From the IMG/VR virus record IMGVR_UViG_3300020048_000017, positions 1 to 64,000 of that record: DNA of 64,000 bases; one strand, written 5' to 3'. Position numbers and translations under genes: made by a program. This DNA comes from a virus. Numbering within the stretch: the first letter of the stretch is position 1; each line of letters opens with the position of its first letter. The notes beneath the pieces are model-generated. The model searched no databases. It was not told the origin of the DNA and saw nothing but the letters and a program-made list of their open reading frames with translations. Shown here in pieces: positions 58,351 through 64,000 of this stretch.

Positions 58351-58983
58351 TTAACTTTGATGATGGTCTAGAATTTTGTTCTCCTTGTTTTTGAATATAG
58401 CCTCAAGTTCTTCGAAAGTAAAGAAGAATTTTCCACTATGTTCCATGGCGTTTTCGACGCCAACATCTAGACACTTTCCAGAAGAATTTCTAAGATTTCG
58501 ACCCTCGTCATTACCATGTGAGTGTCCGCTTACGTGTCTAGCCCCGTGAGCCATTTTGTCCCAGACCCTTTGTGGAAAATGGGACATTTCGTAATGTTTG
58601 CCGTTAATGTTCGCAGTAAGGTTTTTCCCTACAAACTCCACATTATTAGCCCTCACTGGGTAGACTTCCATCCCCATCGATTCACGATTGTAAACCCGTT
58701 TAGCTCCCGAAATATGATTTCCCCAAAGGTAATATTGAATTTTGCAAGGCCAAGTCGAAAAATCCTCAAAGGCCTTACCTTCGGGATCTCCAAAATGCGA
58801 GTCTCCGAGGTTGAAAACGGTAGTTTCCTCATCGATAAGTTCAAACCACTGCTCTCGAATGAATCGAGAGTGATCTTCTACGCAGCTAAATCCGCGTCTT
58901 CCCCACAAAAACTCACGATTGTGAGCCATGTGGAGGTCCGAAAGAATGACTACCTTTCCGGTAGCTTTGACTGTTTTAAGCAT
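58351..58983 (-). CDS. calcineurin-like metallophosphoesterase
   Basis: SDLHMAH, NLGD, GNH, SHFP, GHSHG, DVGVE. Confidence 0.85.
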   Translation of the reverse strand: MLKTVKATGKVVILSDLHMAHNREFLWGRRGFSCVEDHSRFIREQWFELIDEETTVFNLGDSHFGDPEGKAFEDFSTWPCKIQYYLWGNHISGAKRVYNRESMGMEVYPVRANNVEFVGKNLTANINGKHYEMSHFPQRVWDKMAHGARHVSGHSHGNDEGRNLRNSSGKCLDVGVENAMEHSGKFFFTFEELEAIFKNKENKILDHHQS

Positions 58984-58989
58984 TAGGGA

Positions 58990-59876
58990 TTATACCCCAG
59001 TTTTCGGCTTTGTCAACAGTTTTTTCGTAAGAAGGTAGTATTTTACAGCTAATGCTAAAAAAGCGAAATGTTTCAAAATATCCAAAAAAGAAGCGGGGTC
59101 ATGTTCAAATCTATCTAATATTTTAAAACCCATTATAACCATTAAAAGAAAGGCTAAAGACCAAGCGCTCACCTCTCCTAAAAAAGTCTTTGCCTTTATT
59201 GATTCTAGATTTGCTTGAAATAAAGCAAAATGCAATATTGCCAACATTATTAAACTATCAATTATTGAAATTATCATTTGACTGCCTTTGCTTCTTGAAG
59301 AATTGTTATCACCTTCCCACAGCTAGACCTTACGTTATCTAAATATGTGCTATCTATTAATCTATGGTCTTTAAATGAAATAATTAAATAATAAATAGAA
59401 TCCTGATTTGCCCCTAAATACCTCATGTCAGCTTGAACAATTCCCCTTGACGCATGGACGTCTTTTAATATAGACTCTTGGAGTTCTTCAGTTATTAGGG
59501 TTATTTTTTTTGAATCAACAATTTGTTCCAAAAGTTTTAAATAATCCATATCTAAGGGTTGAGATTGCCAGTCATTAAATATCTGGTTTATATCATCTCC
59601 CAAAACTTCCGCAACTATAGATGATTTGTTCGGAATTGGTCCTCCTGAGTCATGAGCCCTCAAAAGAGAAATGTGATCGGCTAAAACCTCTTTTTTTAAG
59701 TCGTAAAGTTCACTGTATATACTTGCCGCAGACCTAAGGTTGTGAACCGCAACGGGTTGTTTAGCTTTGGTCTCGTAAATCTTTGTGAATAAGCCAAAAG
59801 ATGCGGGAATAATTCCGCCCGCTATTATAGCCAAAATAATGGCCACAAAATGGCTTTGTTTAGGAGTTCTCGACAT
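58990..59876 (-). CDS. two membrane-associated hypothetical proteins (58990-59277, 59274-59876)
   Basis: hydrophobic segments; the second resembles a GAF-like extracytoplasmic domain after one TM. Confidence 0.5.
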
Positions 59877-59945
59877 GTATATAAATACACTTAAAAACCT
59901 CTCTAATAAGTAGAGATAATTAATTCTTTAGATTTTTTAGATTTT

Positions 59946-60383
59946 TTAAAGACATTCCCATATTTTCTCAGAAACTGGGTTAATCCAAAAAAAGGGCTTC
60001 TTGTTTTCAATAAGTTGTTGAATAACATTGTGAGTGCCGCCTTTGTTACCGTCCCAAACCACGATACCAACATCTGACTTTTCGAGCATTGCAGAATTCC
60101 TTATTCTCCAAACCTGAGAGGCTTGGTCTATCAGTTTCAGCCTTTCCTCTTTTTCAAATTCCTCTACCAAGTCTTGTTGTTCTTCGAAAGGAATACAAGC
60201 GGCGTAAGGTATTTTAAGCTCTGAGCAAATTTGGCAAAACCAAAGATCAACTCCACTCGCCATTCCGGACAAGCCATAAGAGGGACAGAGGCCTGCTAAG
60301 GACTCTTTAATCGCGAATTTAATCCAGTCTATTGAATACTGCTCTAATTTAAAAAACCTATGTCCAGAGATTAAACACCTCAT
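59946..60383 (-). CDS. SLOG (YspA/DUF1273-like) family protein
   Basis: ISGHR; SGMASGVDLW; AACIPF; RNSAML; VWDG.KGGT. Confidence 0.8.
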   Translation of the reverse strand: MRCLISGHRFFKLEQYSIDWIKFAIKESLAGLCPSYGLSGMASGVDLWFCQICSELKIPYAACIPFEEQQDLVEEFEKEERLKLIDQASQVWRIRNSAMLEKSDVGIVVWDGNKGGTHNVIQQLIENKKPFFWINPVSEKIWECL

Positions 60384-60395
60384 TTTCTCAGCTCG

Positions 60396-60998
60396 TTAAT
60401 AATTCATTGATCCCGCCGTTTCTCTGGGAACAATTTCTCCAGACGGAAGAATAGCGGTATTTCCGCTTTCGATTAACCTAGCCTTTTCGGTTAACCTCGC
60501 CAACTTGTCGAAATAATTAGTAACCGCAGTCCAGTCAGGAAACTCTTCGGTTCCAAAGTGAATATGCTTTCCCTTGTAGTCACCGACTCCGTTAGCAATA
60601 CGGTCATCAATTAGATAGTCGCCAGCGAACAAACCCTTGTCTGAAGTAAGTATGAGTTTCTTTTTTCCGATTTTTGGAAAGTGTTCTGAGACCCATTGTT
60701 TCTTTTCAGTCCAACAGAGGTCGTTCGTCCACATTGCTGTCGAAACAAAATAAATTTCAAAATGTTTATCTAAAAACTCGACACCTTCTTTGGCTCCTTT
60801 AATTAAGGGAAGGTTTCTAAATAAACCTACATCTTTATGAACGTCGTCTCTGTGGCGACCTTTTGCCATTTCAGTAAGAGAATATGACGCAAAGTCCGCA
60901 ATGACATCGTCAAGATCGATACCTACCACGGGTCCCTTTTTTGGAATTGAAGCCCTTAAGTATTTAGGGAGGGTTTTTAAAAATTCGGCGCTATACAT
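60396..60998 (-). CDS. 5'(3')-deoxyribonucleotidase (NT5C, HAD)
   Basis: IDLDDVIAD; K.QWV.EHFP; DYLIDDR; IHFG. Confidence 0.88.
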   Translation of the reverse strand: MYSAEFLKTLPKYLRASIPKKGPVVGIDLDDVIADFASYSLTEMAKGRHRDDVHKDVGLFRNLPLIKGAKEGVEFLDKHFEIYFVSTAMWTNDLCWTEKKQWVSEHFPKIGKKKLILTSDKGLFAGDYLIDDRIANGVGDYKGKHIHFGTEEFPDWTAVTNYFDKLARLTEKARLIESGNTAILPSGEIVPRETAGSMNY

Positions 60999-61703
60999 TA
61001 TTTAATAGTTTCTACTAATTCAAGATTTGAGTCGTAAATTTCTACATTATCCCAATTTTCACAACACTCTTGAGCTGACTCCCTAGCTTCCTTCATATCC
61101 GAACACTTATCTTTAATGTTCCTTAGTCCACCTGATGGATAATATTGATCCCAAGCTACTATAAAATATCTCATTTGTGAATTCTCCTTACTTGCTCTAA
61201 AGCTTCCTTAAGAGTAACTTGTCTTTTTTGTTTCTGAACCGCTCGTTGAATTTTTTCTCGAACCCCTCTAAATGACTCTATAACACTTTCAGGAATTTTC
61301 CTTATGTGTTTATTGTAACTCATTGAAACAAACTAAAAGTTTTTCAGGTTGATCTAAAGGGCAGGTCAATATAACCTAGTTTTAGTTTTTGTCAAGGAAT
61401 CTTCTCTGAAATTTTTCTTCCGCCATTCGAATTATCTTATTTTGTTCAGATTTCGTCAGGTAGTATTTTTTGAGAGCTTTCCTTGCTTGGTAATAAGAGG
61501 CGCAGTTTTTAATTATGTTTACGGCAGTTTCGTGTGGATTAAAGCCCATATTGCTACCTCTACGTATGCTGAATTAATAAATGCTAATACCAAAGATCCT
61601 TTCCAAAAAGGTTTGCAACCTTTCATAATGGAGAACTGATGAAAAAGGACTGCTGGGGCGTTTAAAATAATCGCAGATAAAAGCATTAAATTATCGTTTA
61701 TTA

Positions 61704-62222
61704 TTAAAATTCTAGTGTAAATGCTACGTCTGAGACGATTCGGCCTTCGTAAAATTCGACCCACCCATTATGAGTGTTTCCAGTCTCGATAATTAAAAGT
61801 TCGTCGTTATCTAAAAGCGATTGAGTTGAGTATTCCGCAACGTAGCAGTTAAATTCTCCGTCATGAGAAACCTCAGGTAAGGCTTTTCTTACATAGACTG
61901 CGTCGTCTCCTTCGATAGCTTCCGCGAATTTCTTGTCTTCAAAGAGCCACGGGTTTGAAACTTCGTGGTCCTCCCGACTACCTTCTTTAAAAAATCCCAT
62001 GTAATTATAGATTTTCCAATCGTAAAATTCTTCGAAAGATTTTCTCGCAAGAATTACTTTGAAGCTCTCGTCATTTTGGAGTTCGTAAAGCTCAAGCTTC
62101 GAACTGTCTTCGAAAGACAGCTTTCTGATCCTCTTGACTTTGAATTGAAAATCCTTAGTTTCTGAGATTGTTTTTTCATCGTCCAGAAAAATTCTAGAGC
62201 CCACTTTAATTTCTTCTGTCAT
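61704..62222 (-). CDS. hypothetical protein
   Basis: 172-aa ORF coupled to pth2. Confidence 0.6.
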   Translation of the reverse strand: MTEEIKVGSRIFLDDEKTISETKDFQFKVKRIRKLSFEDSSKLELYELQNDESFKVILARKSFEEFYDWKIYNYMGFFKEGSREDHEVSNPWLFEDKKFAEAIEGDDAVYVRKALPEVSHDGEFNCYVAEYSTQSLLDNDELLIIETGNTHNGWVEFYEGRIVSDVAFTLEF

Positions 62223-62521
62223 TTAATGAGTTGGTATTTTCTGAAGTGATTTCTTCCTTCCCCGACTATAGCCTCTGTTGCCACTGCTGTCAACTGATTT
62301 TCCATGTTTGGTTCGCGAAATTCCATTAAGCGATAGGGGCAATTTTTAATAAACTTCTCTAAGGCTTTTTCATTGTTCATATTCAAAACAATGACAGATG
62401 GGTGCTCATGATCCCTATCTACGAAGTTTCTAGCTGCTTCAATAGCTGCGTGAGAGGCCTGAACGATTTGTTGTGGTCTTGATAGGTCGGACCTGACCGC
62501 TATGTAAATATAAGGCTTCAT
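62219..62521 (-). CDS. peptidyl-tRNA hydrolase PTH2 family
   Basis: YIAVRSDLS...QIVQASHA...VIVL...FREP...TAVA. Confidence 0.8.
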   Translation of the reverse strand: MKPYIYIAVRSDLSRPQQIVQASHAAIEAARNFVDRDHEHPSVIVLNMNNEKALEKFIKNCPYRLMEFREPNMENQLTAVATEAIVGEGRNHFRKYQLIK

Positions 62522-62665
62522 TTCAAAAGCTCCCTTACAAGCATCTGGCCCCGTTTGTCAATAGTTTTCCACTTAATCTTAAACGACACACTGTCGATAC
62601 CTACCGAAATTCCATTTTGTCGTTTTTCTGTTCCATGTTAAAATAATACACCGTTTTTAAAGAAA

Positions 62666-62737
62666 TGCGCTACCTCGGGATCGAACCGAGTATCTTGGGA
62701 TTTAGAATCCCCTGCTTAACCATTAGGCCTGTAGCGC
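62666..62737 (-). tRNA. amber suppressor-type tRNA (anticodon CTA)
   Basis: GCGCTAC/GTAGCGC acceptor, GGGA-TTCTAAA-TCCC arm, CTCGG-TTCGATC-CCGAG T arm. Confidence 0.85.
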
Positions 62738-62745
62738 TTTTTGAA

Positions 62746-63441
62746 TTAGTCAAAGAGATTCGAAATAATCGCAGCTATGATAAAGACGAAGATGATTACG
62801 AAAACCCAAATTATCCAAGAATTAGAATTTTGAGATTGCGGGTTGGTTACTGTCGGTTGGGAAGCTTGATATGGAGATCCGTGGTAATAACCGTGGTTAT
62901 TCATGAGAGAACTCATTACCACTGCGTCTGTCATTGCGTCGAACATCATAAAGGTTCCAAGGTTATTCATATATCCATAGCCGCCGCGATCCTGATTATA
63001 AGAAACGTTATAGTCCCGACCTCCCACGTTTGTAGTTTGGGGAATATAAGTAGGGCGAGTTACGGGTTCTTTGGGGAACGTTGAGGTATATTTCGCGCCA
63101 TGGTTAGTTTTAAAGCTACTTACGGCTTCGTCCTTAGTTTTGAAAGCCGTTCCGCTTTTGACCGCTTTTTCATAAACGACTTTATCAGTAGATGACTTGT
63201 ATTTCTGGGTTGCTACGTTGCTCTTTGAGGAGGGTTTTGTTGCAGTAGGGGTAGAAGTTGACGACGTTGTCACTGCCGAGGGCTTTGAACTCGGTTTCGA
63301 GGTAGAGACCTTTGGGGTGGATTTAAAACTTGAAGAACTACTTCGAGAAAAACTCGAACGGCTCCCCGACGATCCTTTTGAGAACAATGGTTCACAAAAT
63401 GTGAACATTGCTACGACTGCGATTAGAATATACGATTTCAT
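62746..63441 (-). CDS. exported or membrane protein with Ser/Thr/Lys-rich linker
   Basis: signal peptide, low-complexity region, C-terminal TM. Confidence 0.65.
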   Translation of the reverse strand: MKSYILIAVVAMFTFCEPLFSKGSSGSRSSFSRSSSSSFKSTPKVSTSKPSSKPSAVTTSSTSTPTATKPSSKSNVATQKYKSSTDKVVYEKAVKSGTAFKTKDEAVSSFKTNHGAKYTSTFPKEPVTRPTYIPQTTNVGGRDYNVSYNQDRGGYGYMNNLGTFMMFDAMTDAVVMSSLMNNHGYYHGSPYQASQPTVTNPQSQNSNSWIIWVFVIIFVFIIAAIISNLFD

Positions 63442-63473
63442 TTTTTCTTACTATATTTTGTTTTTTGTTATTG

Positions 63474-64000
63474 TCAAGAGTTTTCTTCGTCTGAACTCAG
63501 CTCCTCTTGGTAAGCCGCTCCAATGATTCCGATAGATGCCGCCGCAATCATGATGGCGGGGCCATATAAAATAAAAATCGTAATTAACCTACCTAAAGGT
63601 GTAACCGTTACGTATTCTCCGAAACCACACGTAGTTGCCGTGGTTAAGCAATAATAGATGCAATTTCCTATATTGTCAAATTTATCGGGCTGTGCTTGAC
63701 CCTCTGCTTGTAATAAAAGAGCTGAAGCAAATAAAACTACTGTCGTCATACATACTAGGGCTCCTTTTAGGGCCTTTCTTGCTCTTACAAATGCTCTACA
63801 GAGGTCTCTAATGCCTTTGCTATACCAGTAAAGCTTAAGTAGTCTTAGCACCCTTAAGGTTCGAATCCAACCTAACCATTCGGCAGGCACAAAAAACCCT
63901 ACATAAAAAGGAACTACTGCAAGCATATCTACCCAAAATCTTGCTGTATTTAGATAGGGCTTATCTCCAAAAAATCGTCCAATCATATAATAGTAAGAAA
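63474..64000 (-). CDS. potassium-channel-like ion transporter (5' end outside window)
   Basis: S4-like RTLRVLRLLK; pore YYCLTTATTCGFGEY; frame open to the window edge. Confidence 0.8.
   Translation of the reverse strand, partial: SYYYMIGRFFGDKPYLNTARFWVDMLAVVPFYVGFFVPAEWLGWIRTLRVLRLLKLYWYSKGIRDLCRAFVRARKALKGALVCMTTVVLFASALLLQAEGQAQPDKFDNIGNCIYYCLTTATTCGFGEYVTVTPLGRLITIFILYGPAIMIAAASIGIIGAAYQEELSSDEENS

Noticed and set aside
1-64000. Window-wide TAG reassignment
   Set aside because: Long genes (rIIA, rIIB, ruvB, DUF932) are intact in code 11 and small gaps are explained by ORFs under 60 aa; recoding elsewhere remains open.

Overview
64 kb of a large dsDNA bacteriophage genome: dense small ORFs, rIIA/rIIB, dCMP deaminase, tRNAs, no structural genes in view. 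Genes at 1-6.9 kb are on +; nearly everything from 7.6 kb to the end is on -, converging on a ~650-bp non-coding junction. The outstanding feature is a ~25-kb array (about 8.2-33.3 kb) of roughly 50 short, mostly monocistronic units. In transcription order each unit is: upstream terminator, one to six 14-bp palindromes TGTTC-N4-GAACA, AT-rich tract, TTGAC(A/T), 16-17 nt, TANNNT, 5-8 nt, ATG (leaderless). By eye I count about 60 perfect and 30-40 near-perfect palindromes; this is the published Verrucomicrobia LexA (SOS) box consensus. The promoter-proximal box sits a near-constant 23-26 nt (sometimes 35-37 nt) upstream of the -35 hexamer, which is activator-like rather than repressor-like geometry. 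In a few units a second motif, TATAATTTCCATA, fills that slot. The last gene of the array (7615-8094, -) encodes a LexA-type winged-helix DNA-binding domain with no autocleavage domain, behind the densest box cluster. Together these suggest a phage system that co-opts or mimics host LexA across a whole early (host-takeover) region. Also present: three tRNAs, an amber (CUA) tRNA, a tRNA-like element, three promoter-terminator units with little or no coding capacity, several paralog families, RuvB, SprT, a pyrimidine-dimer glycosylase, DUF932, DUF2958, Lar-like, a 2H phosphoesterase, Pth2, a TrmH-family methyltransferase, an NDP-sugar epimerase/reductase and a partial K+ channel. All assignments are by motif recognition; no searches were run and counts are manual.
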